A DNA stretch of 58,557 bases from a virus: UHGV virus genome UHGV-0155918; one strand, written 5' to 3'. Both the position numbers and the translations under genes were made by a program. Positions 1 through 8,058 of this stretch are shown one piece after another. Every line of letters begins with the position of its first letter. The stretch's first letter is position 1. The notes below the pieces were generated by a model. It did not search any database. It worked only from the letters and a program-made list of their open reading frames with translations, and was not told where the DNA came from.

Positions 1-32
1 CTATTTTAAGTCATTTCAAGGCAATTACTCTA

Positions 33-55
33 GGGTTCGATTCCCGTACGGACTG
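33..55 (+). other. attP core: 3' fragment of host tRNA-Glu (T-arm plus acceptor strand)
   Basis: GGGTTCGATTCCCGTACGGAC(TG) resembles the 3' end of Firmicute tRNA-Glu(TTC); no 5' half of a tRNA upstream; lies between integrase arm-like repeats once the window is circularised. Confidence 0.75.
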
Positions 56-101
56 TTTTAAAAGTCGCATAAACACTGTGTTTGCGGCGTCTTAAAAAAA
101 T

Positions 102-125
102 TGGTACTCAAAATGGTACTCAAAA
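102..125 (+). repeat. integrase arm-type sites (tandem TGGTACTCAAAA x2)
   Basis: Perfect 12-bp tandem repeat; the same GTACTCAAA core is tandemly repeated at 58521-58540 just after the integrase. Confidence 0.75.
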
Positions 126-190
126 ATTGAACACAAAAGAAAGGAGTCTGCGCAAGTGCTTTAGATTCTTTTCTGAAAATGGTAAACTTG

Positions 191-214
191 GAACGCTGTG
201 GCGTTCTTTTTTTT
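191..214 (+). terminator. intrinsic terminator
   Basis: GAACGC-TGTG-GCGTTC followed by T8. Confidence 0.6.
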
Positions 215-291
215 ATGCGGTTTTTCTGCTTATTTTTTGCGGAAGAACCGTATTTTTTTATGCAAAAATATAAGCATAGGAGGGATGCGGA

Positions 292-444
292 ATGTTATTT
301 ACAGATGAAATTCTTGAAAAAATCTTAACAAGAGAAGATGTGTCAAAGGTTCCGCTTGTGTATCAGTCAGCAATGATTCACGCAATCAAGGAAGTATTGG
401 AGGAAGAGAATGTATCAGATGCAAAATCAGAATATGGCATTTAA
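292..444 (+). CDS. small hypothetical protein (50 aa), first gene of accessory operon
   Basis: AGGAGG RBS then ATG; MLFTDEILEKILTREDVSKVPLVYQSAMIHAIKEVLEEE..., below the ORF-track cutoff. Confidence 0.65.
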   Translation: MLFTDEILEKILTREDVSKVPLVYQSAMIHAIKEVLEEENVSDAKSEYGI

Positions 445-886
445 CCCAAACCCAAGCTATGCCGCTTATCAGTACAACCCAATGCAGAGGTTTCAACAGC
501 CAGAGCCACAGATTCCGCAGATGCAACCACAGTTTCTTGGAATCCAAGGAAAAGTAGTACAGTCGGAATCAGCGATCATGGCGAATGATGTACCTATGGA
601 TGGAAGTGTTGCGTTTTTCCCGATGCAGGACATGAGCGCAATCGTTGCGAAACAATGGGATGCCAATGGAACAATCAGAAAGACCGTTTACAAGCCTTTT
701 AATGAGCAGATGGCAGATTCTTCGAGTGACGATAAAAGAATTGAAATAGGGCTGTCTGACGATGCGACAAAGGCTATTACTGACAAATTGGATTGTTTGT
801 TTGGCAAAATGGAAGAGTTGGAAGATAAGTTATCTTCGCAAGCGCAAAGAAAATCTTCACGAACACAAAAGGAGAGTGAGTCTTAA
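410..886 (+). CDS. hypothetical protein with Q/P/N-rich N-terminus and C-terminal coiled coil
   Basis: GGAGG RBS; low-complexity N-terminus; TAATG coupling to next gene. Confidence 0.85.
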   Translation: MYQMQNQNMAFNPNPSYAAYQYNPMQRFQQPEPQIPQMQPQFLGIQGKVVQSESAIMANDVPMDGSVAFFPMQDMSAIVAKQWDANGTIRKTVYKPFNEQMADSSSDDKRIEIGLSDDATKAITDKLDCLFGKMEELEDKLSSQAQRKSSRTQKESES

Positions 887-1113
887 TGAATCCTATGCAG
901 ATGTTACAGGGAATGAAAAACCCACAGCAGTTTTTACAACAAATGATGGGGAATAAAAGCGTAATGAACAACCCTATGGCTAGAAATGCTATGCAGATGG
1001 CACAAAAGGGAGATTCCAAGGGCATTGAGCAGATGGCTAGGAATTTGTGCAAAGAAAAGGGAATTGACGCAGACAAGGCTTTTGAATCGTTTAAAAGTCA
1101 ATTAGGAATGTGA
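886..1113 (+). CDS. small Met/Gln/Asn-rich helical protein
   Basis: MNPMQMLQGMKNPQQFLQQMMGN...; translationally coupled. Confidence 0.85.
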   Translation: MNPMQMLQGMKNPQQFLQQMMGNKSVMNNPMARNAMQMAQKGDSKGIEQMARNLCKEKGIDADKAFESFKSQLGM

Positions 1114-1167
1114 TACTAATTCTTGCAAGATTATGTATATAAAAAATGAATTATGGAGGTAAATTCT

Positions 1168-1929
1168 ATGTTTAACACAGGTAATTGTGCATCCGTTCCG
1201 CTTGTTGCGAACATTGACGGAAACGGAAATAACAATGGATGGGGCGCAGAAGGCTCATGGTTATGGTTCATTATCGTTATCTTCGCTATTTTCGGATGGG
1301 GTGGATTCGGTAACGGATTCGGAGGAAACGGAATGAATGGTGGTGTCGGAAGCGAAATCCAGCGCGGATTTGATAATCAGGCGGTTGTGTCAAAACTTGA
1401 TGGCATTACAAACGGACTTTGTGACGGATTCTATGCAGTGCAAACCGGCATGAATGGCATCAACACAAACATTTTGCAGACCGGATTCGGCATTCAGCAG
1501 GCTATCAACGCTGATACAGTCGCTAACATGCAGAATACAAACGCATTACAGTCACAGCTTGCTAACTGCTGCTGTGAAACAAGAGAAGCTATCCAAGGCG
1601 TAAACTACAACATGGCAACTAACACTTGCGCGTTGCAGAACACCATGAACAGCAACACGAGAGACATTATCGACAGTCAGAATGCAGGAACACGCGCTAT
1701 TCTTGATTATCTCTGCAATGAGAAAATTTCTAGCTTACAGGCAGAAAATAACGACCTTCGCAGAGCAGCTTCACAGGATCGTCAGAGCGCACTGCTTACA
1801 ACTCAGATGGCGGCTCAGACACAGCAGATTATCAACGCGGTAAATCCGTCTGCTATTCCGGCATATGTTGTACCTAACCCAAATGCTTATGCATATGGAT
1901 GCGGATGCAACACAGGATGTGGCTGCTAA
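1168..1929 (+). CDS. membrane-anchored Gly/Asn-rich coiled-coil protein with Cys clusters
   Basis: GGAGG RBS; TM helix WLWFIIVIFAIFGWGG; ANCCCE motif; C-terminal YGCGCNTGCGC. Confidence 0.9.
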   Translation: MFNTGNCASVPLVANIDGNGNNNGWGAEGSWLWFIIVIFAIFGWGGFGNGFGGNGMNGGVGSEIQRGFDNQAVVSKLDGITNGLCDGFYAVQTGMNGINTNILQTGFGIQQAINADTVANMQNTNALQSQLANCCCETREAIQGVNYNMATNTCALQNTMNSNTRDIIDSQNAGTRAILDYLCNEKISSLQAENNDLRRAASQDRQSALLTTQMAAQTQQIINAVNPSAIPAYVVPNPNAYAYGCGCNTGCGC

Positions 1930-2051
1930 AACTAAATAATTGAGTATCTTAATTGAGTTTAACTCGATCATGTCTGCTATGCAGTATTACTTATAACCAA
2001 AGGGCAGACTATAATGTTTGCCCTTATTTTTATGGAAGAGAGGTAAAAATA

Positions 2052-2471
2052 ATGGAAGTAACAGGAATTGCATTACAAACCGTTGCCGCTGGAGAAGATG
2101 TTGCATTTACAGAAACGGCAGTAAATGGAACAAAATGTATCGTACACAGACAGGGAAGTGGAATTATCAAGTTAAGAGGTATCACAAATCAGTGTAAGGC
2201 TAGATTTTTGGTATCGTATTCCGGCAACATTCAGATACCGACAGGCGGCACAGTTGGAGCTATATCACTTGCCATTGCAGTAGACGGAGAGCCTTTACAG
2301 TCAACACGAATGATAGTTACTCCGGCAGCAGTACAAAATTTATTTAACGTTTCGGCTCAGGCATACGTTGATGTACCTTGTGGCTGTTGCAGTACAGTAG
2401 CGGTGCAGAATACATCTACACAGGCTATTGAAGTACAGAACAGTAATTTGATTGCAGTAAGGGAGGCTTGA
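2052..2471 (+). CDS. beta-rich protein (possible BclA-CTD/TNF-like jelly roll)
   Basis: GAGG RBS; alternating beta-strand pattern; VPCGCCS motif; the fold is an inference. Confidence 0.8.
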   Translation: MEVTGIALQTVAAGEDVAFTETAVNGTKCIVHRQGSGIIKLRGITNQCKARFLVSYSGNIQIPTGGTVGAISLAIAVDGEPLQSTRMIVTPAAVQNLFNVSAQAYVDVPCGCCSTVAVQNTSTQAIEVQNSNLIAVREA

Positions 2472-2475
2472 TATT

Positions 2476-3159
2476 ATGCATAAGTTTGCGAAACAGATTA
2501 TGGATTGCGTGAAAGCCCACGTTGACGGAATCGGAATCGAGAATTTTGAAGGACAAAACCTTGATGATCTCAAGGATTGGACGGAAATTGCAAAGAACAT
2601 CGTATGCTTTGACAAGGACTATAACATTGTTGAAGCGATGAAAAAGTCTGAAAATAACGAGGATATTATGCGTATGCTTGAACAGTACGAGGATTATCCA
2701 GACAGAAGATTTTACGACCATTACCGCTATGCAAATGGCAGATTCGCACCGAAAGGACGTGGAACACGCAGAGGATATGTAGAACCTCCATATTATCATC
2801 AGATGCCGGAAGATTACCGGGAATGGGAAAATATGTCGGATGCAGAGCGAATGAGAGACCTTGACAGAATGAGTATGGGAAAGATGTATTATTCAGAGCC
2901 TATGAGCGGAAATAACGGCATGAGTACCGGTACTCACGATGCAAGAGAGGGCAGAGCCGGTATGAGTCGGAGAAGCTACATGGAAACAAAGGAAATGCAT
3001 AACGGAAATTCACCGGAAGATAAGGACGCAAAGATGAAAGAACTTGAAAAGTACATGAAATCTCTTTCGGAAGATGTGACCGAACTGTTTTCCGGTATGT
3101 CCCCAGAAGAGAAACAGTTGACCAAGACAAAGCTGACTACGCTTGTCACGAAAATGTAA
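2476..3159 (+). CDS. hypothetical protein with Arg/Tyr/Met-rich low-complexity centre
   Basis: GGAGG RBS; DHYRYANGRFAPKGRG motif; helical N- and C-termini. Confidence 0.85.
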   Translation: MHKFAKQIMDCVKAHVDGIGIENFEGQNLDDLKDWTEIAKNIVCFDKDYNIVEAMKKSENNEDIMRMLEQYEDYPDRRFYDHYRYANGRFAPKGRGTRRGYVEPPYYHQMPEDYREWENMSDAERMRDLDRMSMGKMYYSEPMSGNNGMSTGTHDAREGRAGMSRRSYMETKEMHNGNSPEDKDAKMKELEKYMKSLSEDVTELFSGMSPEEKQLTKTKLTTLVTKM

Positions 3160-3200
3160 TAGAGAGGGCATTTTGCCCTCTTTGTTTGCGAGGTGGTAAA

Positions 3201-3518
3201 TTGTTCACGATAAACAATGAAATATGGAATTTGGTCAAAGTATCGCGTTACAGCGATATGCTACAGAGAAGTGATGGAAGCAGGACGGTAGGAATGACCG
3301 ACAGGGACACGAAAACGATATATCTTGCGGATGATTTGCGCGGAAGGTTCCTTGACCGTGTGTTGTGCCACGAATTATGCCATGCGTTCTGTCTTTCGTA
3401 TAATGTATACATGGATATTGATACAGAGGAAATTGTAGCAGACTTTTTGGCTACATACGGAAGAGAAGTGTTTGAAATAGCAGACAGACTATTGATTGAA
3501 CTTATGGAGGTTGCATAA
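3201..3518 (+). CDS. HEXXH zinc metallopeptidase-like protein (ImmA/IrrE-like)
   Basis: VLCHELCHAF motif plus downstream EE; TTG start after GAGGTGG. Confidence 0.75.
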   Translation: MFTINNEIWNLVKVSRYSDMLQRSDGSRTVGMTDRDTKTIYLADDLRGRFLDRVLCHELCHAFCLSYNVYMDIDTEEIVADFLATYGREVFEIADRLLIELMEVA

Positions 3519-3676
3519 TGGATAAAATTTCAGAACTCTTACAGTACGTGCACCGGACGAATCCGGAAATGACCAGGGAAAAGCTGATAGAAGAGTTGAG
3601 CAAAAGCGACTATGCGGCGCGGTCTTTGATTTTCACGAAAGAAAATTTTTCCCGCGCCCCCAAAAATATTTCGTAA
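3518..3676 (+). CDS. small hypothetical protein (52 aa)
   Basis: GGAGG RBS, TAATG coupling; MDKISELLQYVHRTNPEMTREKLIEELSK... Confidence 0.6.
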   Translation: MDKISELLQYVHRTNPEMTREKLIEELSKSDYAARSLIFTKENFSRAPKNIS

Positions 3677-3911
3677 TTTTTTTGTACCCCCCTGGGGTAG
3701 CGTTTTAGGGTCGAGATTCCATTTTCACGGATTCTCAAAAACGTGTAACAAACGTGCAATTATCTGCGACATTCCGCAAATAACACAAATACACCATATA
3801 TTATGCTATATATAGATAATTCATTTATGATATTTGATGATATTGCCGATCACAGGCAAACGCCAGAAGACGCTTGCCCGGCTGTAGTTATAGTCTAGCA
3901 TAGACCGCATT

Positions 3912-4157
3912 TTACCACTTGTCAAGATAGTTTTTCCCGTCGTACCGGCTGTAAGTGTGTGTTATGTTTTCCGGTCTTTGCGTGATCTGCATCCAGTCAC
4001 CGCCACGCTGGGCGGTTATTTTGATTTTTGCAGACTCCACCCATTCCACGCCCTCGAATTTCGAGTAGCCACACGTTTTGCCAGATATTTCCGGATAGCC
4101 AAGAGCAGACACCCGGCGCATTATTTCTCTTTTTCCGATATACTCATATTTTCCCAT
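3912..4157 (-). CDS. hypothetical protein (leftward small-ORF operon)
   Basis: GGAGG RBS; overlaps upstream ORF. Confidence 0.7.
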   Translation of the reverse strand: MGKYEYIGKREIMRRVSALGYPEISGKTCGYSKFEGVEWVESAKIKITAQRGGDWMQITQRPENITHTYSRYDGKNYLDKW

Positions 4158-4311
4158 CTTTCATGCCTCCAGACGTTCCGCGCTCACTCATGCATATATC
4201 TCTGCATCCGTCGCGCGTTAATTGGTTTATAATTAACCATGCTTGCATATCCCCATACGCCACCCGGCGCACGGCTTGCCCGTTGTGATCGGCTTTAATA
4301 TCGTAGGTCAT
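4144..4311 (-). CDS. hypothetical protein (leftward operon)
   Basis: AAGGAGG RBS upstream of MTYDIKADHNG. Confidence 0.6.
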   Translation of the reverse strand: MTYDIKADHNGQAVRRVAYGDMQAWLIINQLTRDGCRDICMSERGTSGGMKDGKI

Positions 4312-4683
4312 ACACTTATACCTCCTTATATCGTGTTTATTTGTCAATGTGCGTTATATGCCCGCATCCGTCGGAACGGTGTGCAATCTGTTTTTTGTTG
4401 GAGATGCACAAGCTCCAAAGTGCCGCAATAGTGACGGCTTGCGATCTTGCCGCCGCTCTTAATGATAGAACGGTAGAAACGAGCTTTCCCGCGTGTCTTG
4501 CGTCTGCATTAAAGCAGATCAACCGCGATTATTTACGGCTGCGGCGCGCCGTGTGACGGCAATATGCCGCCATATAACCAGATGCAGTCCCAATATATGG
4601 CCATCGGTTAATAAGTCCACGCCGCCGGAATCGAACCGGAACGGATGCACCAAGCACGCGAAAAAGGGCGGAATGGTACCGCC

Positions 4684-4947
4684 TTAAATTACAACAAAAT
4701 CCCCTTGAAATCCTGTTGTTACGATCATTTTTCCGTCAGATCTGCGGTACACAACGCCGCATCCGTCCGCAAAAGTTGAGAACACAAGCCATCCGGGCGG
4801 TGTAAGTTTTTCCCCGGTCTTATAATCCCGGAATGAGTAACGCGGAATAACGCCGCTTTTTTCTTGATCTAGCGCGTTGTTAATTGCTTGCGATTCTGTT
4901 ACGATCTGCACACCTTTTCCCGTGTGCAAAATATATCTTTCTTCCAT
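4684..4947 (-). CDS. hypothetical protein (leftward operon)
   Basis: GAGG RBS; 87 aa. Confidence 0.75.
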   Translation of the reverse strand: MEERYILHTGKGVQIVTESQAINNALDQEKSGVIPRYSFRDYKTGEKLTPPGWLVFSTFADGCGVVYRRSDGKMIVTTGFQGDFVVI

Positions 4948-5035
4948 TTCTTATACCTCTTTCCTTTTATTTGCTCATTTTTGAGTAAAAACCGCCGCCG
5001 GTAGCGATCCGGCGTGCATCCTCTGCGGCGGTTGG

Positions 5036-5233
5036 TTACTTTACATAAACTCGTACATAATTCTTGTTTTTGTTGTATGAGTAGCTTTTTACTTGCATAT
5101 CGTCAAATTCATTCCCGGTTTCTGCGCCGTAATTTGCGCAGATCAATTTATTGTTTTCGCCGTATATTCTCCACGGTACACGGCAGGCGTTCCAATCACA
5201 TTCCATAAATAATTCGTATAGCGTTCTTTTCAT
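5036..5233 (-). CDS. hypothetical protein (leftward operon)
   Basis: GGAGGA RBS; 65 aa. Confidence 0.75.
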   Translation of the reverse strand: MKRTLYELFMECDWNACRVPWRIYGENNKLICANYGAETGNEFDDMQVKSYSYNKNKNYVRVYVK

Positions 5234-5336
5234 GGTTTCAAGTCCTCCATATTCTAAATTTTTCCGGTTGCTCCGGGTAAAGGCAAGCCGGGGAATTGAA
5301 CCCAGGTAAACGCCGCCGCTTGCCTAGATTTAAGGT

Positions 5337-5507
5337 TTAAAAAATTTTGCGATCTATTTCTGTTTCTTCAAACGTCTCATACAAATGTGCCACTTCGGAA
5401 AATTGTTTCTTTGCGATTTTACAAGCCCTTGCGTATGCCGAACGGTCATTTGCGGCTTCAACGAAATCTGTATCTCCGTTATTCATTTCAAAGTAGTATG
5501 TTTTCAT
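5337..5507 (-). CDS. hypothetical protein (56 aa)
   Basis: AAGGAAGG RBS; MKTYYFEMNNGDTDFVEAAND... Confidence 0.65.
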   Translation of the reverse strand: MKTYYFEMNNGDTDFVEAANDRSAYARACKIAKKQFSEVAHLYETFEETEIDRKIF

Positions 5508-5522
5508 GCGATCAACCTTCCT

Positions 5523-5669
5523 TTATTCAAAAATGAACCCGTAGCCGCTAGTCTGTGCGGCTTTCTGAAATTCTTCTTTTCCGTACTTTTGATACATCTT
5601 TTCAAGGCTTGCTGAAATGTCAAACCCTGCAAGTTTTAACTCAAACAGTATTTGTATTTTGTCGTCCAT
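5523..5669 (-). CDS. hypothetical protein (48 aa) immediately downstream of hammerhead
   Basis: GAAAGGGG RBS; MDDKIQILFELKLAG... Confidence 0.65.
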   Translation of the reverse strand: MDDKIQILFELKLAGFDISASLEKMYQKYGKEEFQKAAQTSGYGFIFE

Positions 5670-5681
5670 GTTTCCCCTTTC

Positions 5682-5747
5682 TGGTCTGCCATCATCAGAG
5701 CCGGGCGACCATCCCACGGCTGACGCTCCAGATCGGAGCGTTTCGGC
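5682..5747 (-). ncRNA. type II hammerhead ribozyme with pseudoknot
   Basis: Minus strand: GCC-GAAA-CGCTCC(GATCT)GGAGCG-TC^AGCCG(loop containing TGGTC)CGGCT-CTGATGA-T-GGC-A-GACCA; full catalytic core and three stems; loop I pairs with the 3' GACCA. Confidence 0.9.
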
Positions 5748-5887
5748 TATTGCTGACTATTTAATTCAATGCATTTACGGTTACAATCCTCGATTGATCC
5801 GGTAAATACGATTTTGCCGTTTCCGTTGATTTTTTCGACAACGCAAAAGCCGAAAAAATCGTTATAAGTAATATAGTATTCTGCCAT
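5747..5887 (-). CDS. hypothetical protein (46 aa)
   Basis: GAGG RBS; stop codon abuts the hammerhead. Confidence 0.6.
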   Translation of the reverse strand: MAEYYITYNDFFGFCVVEKINGNGKIVFTGSIEDCNRKCIELNSQQ

Positions 5888-5890
5888 GTT

Positions 5891-6052
5891 CTATACCTCA
5901 TCAATATATATTCTTTCTTCTGATCCGGTTTCCTCATCTTCATAAATTCCATTGAAATTATCAAACCATCTTTCGGCTGCGTTGTGGCTGTATGTCTCGC
6001 CGCCAAGAAGAACGCGCCCGGTTTCTGTTATAAGTCTATATTTCTTTTCCAT
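5891..6052 (-). CDS. hypothetical protein (53 aa), first gene of leftward operon
   Basis: GAGG RBS; downstream of a minus-strand TATAAT promoter. Confidence 0.65.
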   Translation of the reverse strand: MEKKYRLITETGRVLLGGETYSHNAAERWFDNFNGIYEDEETGSEERIYIDEV

Positions 6053-6175
6053 GTTATTTTCCTCGCTTTCTGTGCTTTATTTGATACTTGTATTATACAG
6101 AAATTAGGCACTAATGTATATAGGCAAAACATACAAAATTAAGCACTAATATCATATTAGAAATTATGCATTATT

Positions 6176-6227
6176 ATTAAGCACTAATTAAGTATTGACA
6201 ATTAAGCACTAACTATATATAATGTAA
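6176..6227 (+). promoter_or_regulatory. consensus sigma-A promoter with two ATTAAGCACTAA operators (copy 1 of 52-bp repeat)
   Basis: TTGACA(6195-6200)-17 bp-TATAAT(6218-6223). Confidence 0.85.
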
Positions 6228-6251
6228 GAAAAAATACGGAGGTGTAGAAAG

Positions 6252-6443
6252 ATGGACGAAAACACAAAAGCGGAAAAGAACAGGCAAGCGGTAAAGAAAT
6301 GCATGAGCAATAAAGATAGGATAAACATTATATTGCCACTTGGAACAATAGAGAGAATCAACTCATACGGACTAAAAACAAGCGCATTTGCTAGGGAGTT
6401 AATTCTTGCGGAGCTTGATAAAATGGATAGAATGAAAAAATAA
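6252..6443 (+). CDS. ribbon-helix-helix-like DNA-binding protein
   Basis: DRINIILPLGTIERI...SAFARELILAEL strand-helix-helix pattern; flanked by operator repeats. Confidence 0.65.
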   Translation: MDENTKAEKNRQAVKKCMSNKDRINIILPLGTIERINSYGLKTSAFARELILAELDKMDRMKK

Positions 6444-6446
6444 TAA

Positions 6447-6498
6447 ATTAAGCACTAATTAAGTATTGACAATTAAGCACTAACTATATATAATGTAA
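6447..6498 (+). promoter_or_regulatory. identical copy 2 of 52-bp promoter/operator
   Basis: Exact repeat of 6176-6227. Confidence 0.85.
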
Positions 6499-6549
6499 TC
6501 AGATCAAAGAAATAGAGCAAAGGCGAAAGCCAAGAAAGGGGAACAACGT

Positions 6550-6831
6550 ATGTTAAAATTAGAAAATCTGAAGAGGAAGAAGGAGAACGGAATGACCTTG
6601 TATTTTTATGCGGGGTTGGGTTGGGTAACCGCAGAACGGTTGAGTCAGCCGGACGTTGCAGAGAACGAAGCAGTCAAAGATTTTGATTGCAATCCGGAAA
6701 ATTCCAGAAAGTGCTCCGACTGCCCGCACAACCGAAATTTTTCGGATTGGCAAGACAAATTGCCGTGCGGTCAATGGCACTGCTGGGTTGACGTAACTTA
6801 CCAGAAAGGAGAAACGAGATATGAAAATTAA
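6550..6831 (+). CDS. hypothetical Cys-rich protein
   Basis: GAAAGGGG RBS; CxxC and CxxxxC motifs. Confidence 0.75.
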   Translation: MLKLENLKRKKENGMTLYFYAGLGWVTAERLSQPDVAENEAVKDFDCNPENSRKCSDCPHNRNFSDWQDKLPCGQWHCWVDVTYQKGETRYEN

Positions 6832-7108
6832 CGGAATCGGAACAATTAGCAAAGACAAGGCTATGGAGATTTTGACAAGAGAAGGACGCGAGGCTGTAAA
6901 AGCCGGAGAGATCACAGCAGAAGAGCTTGGCGAAATGTACAAGCTCGAAATGGTCAAGAGATCATCCAAGATCGGACGGAACAGCGATACATTCCGGGAA
7001 TCGTATAAGTGGATTCCGGAAGAATTGAGAGAAGAACTTACACCGGAACAACTTGGAAGGCTCACAGATGCATTTCATGAGTGCTACGGGGCAGGAAAGA
7101 ACGCATAA
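6821..7108 (+). CDS. hypothetical protein
   Basis: AAGGAG RBS; overlapping operon. Confidence 0.75.
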   Translation: MKINGIGTISKDKAMEILTREGREAVKAGEITAEELGEMYKLEMVKRSSKIGRNSDTFRESYKWIPEELREELTPEQLGRLTDAFHECYGAGKNA

Positions 7109-7127
7109 GAAAGGAAAGGAAAACGCC

Positions 7128-7355
7128 ATGAAAAAATTTGAAATCGGGAAATATTACGCACCAGCAACATCGCCAAGCATTGAACCGCTAAAGTGCATTA
7201 AGGTAACTAATTGTTACGTTTGGTTTTATGACGATGAAAAAGGGTGCGAGGTGAAAGCGAAAAAAGAAGTGGGGGCTCACTTTAACGGAAAGGGCGTGGA
7301 AAAGTTTGAGCAGACTAAGATATACGGATATTTAACAAGAGCCATTGACAACTAA
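7128..7355 (+). CDS. hypothetical protein
   Basis: AAGGA RBS before MKKFEIGKYY. Confidence 0.7.
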   Translation: MKKFEIGKYYAPATSPSIEPLKCIKVTNCYVWFYDDEKGCEVKAKKEVGAHFNGKGVEKFEQTKIYGYLTRAIDN

Positions 7356-7384
7356 GGCGCATGGGAAAATAGGAGGTTATAAAT

Positions 7385-7657
7385 ATGGCGTTTACAAACA
7401 AACAAGGAATAAAAATCAGTTTTGAGTGCTCAAAACTGATAGGAGAATTAAAGGAAGATATTGCAGAATTTGGCGGCGATAAGATCGTAGCGGTTTGGTG
7501 CAAAGATAATTCAGGAGTTACGATTTATACAAATTATGATTTTATTGATAAAGATCAGCCAATAACAGAGAATGAACTACAGGATGATGAATACATTCGG
7601 AAAATGACAATGAATGCATTGCTAATTCTTCTGGAAAAGCAAAATGAAATATTATAG
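7385..7657 (+). CDS. hypothetical protein
   Basis: AGGAGG RBS. Confidence 0.75.
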   Translation: MAFTNKQGIKISFECSKLIGELKEDIAEFGGDKIVAVWCKDNSGVTIYTNYDFIDKDQPITENELQDDEYIRKMTMNALLILLEKQNEIL

Positions 7658-7699
7658 AAGCAAGGAAGAACGAATAGAACAGAAATAGAGGAAAACATA

Positions 7700-8002
7700 A
7701 TGAAGAACTACAAAGAGTACGAGAAAAGGTTTATAGGGGCAAGCGATATTGCGGCATTGATACTTGTTGGATGCGACGAAAACGGATTGAAAACAAGCAC
7801 TCTTGATTTTGGCGAAGACGGAAGTTATATGGCATACGTCGTTGACGAGGACGCGGAGATAGGTGCACATTATAAAAAAGTCGCTGATTTTAAGCACTGG
7901 CTCAAGATTTATGATGACGATGAATTGACATACCGGATTAATGCACAGGAGATAAATATATATCGCGCCGGAGATTTTGGCTGTATCATACAAACAATCT
8001 GA
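7700..8002 (+). CDS. hypothetical protein
   Basis: GAGG RBS; 100 aa. Confidence 0.75.
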   Translation: MKNYKEYEKRFIGASDIAALILVGCDENGLKTSTLDFGEDGSYMAYVVDEDAEIGAHYKKVADFKHWLKIYDDDELTYRINAQEINIYRAGDFGCIIQTI

Positions 8003-8009
8003 AAACATT

Positions 8010-8058
8010 AAAAAAGAAATCGAGTGGGAAAGATTAAGAATCTGACCCACTCATTTTC
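8010..8058. terminator. probable bidirectional intrinsic terminator
   Basis: GAGTGGG..AGATT-AAG-AATCT..CCCACTC stem with A-run 5' and T-run 3'. Confidence 0.6.

Noticed and set aside
1..60. Complete tRNA gene at window start
   Set aside because: Only the T-arm and 3' acceptor strand are present; interpreted as att core
3845..3915. Possible twister ribozyme on the minus strand
   Set aside because: Only a partial resemblance (TAACTACAGC); pseudoknot strands not found; more likely end-of-operon hairpins
3840..5930. Apparent GATC/CCGG enrichment in the leftward operon
   Set aside because: These sites are also common in terL and elsewhere; cannot be supported without counting
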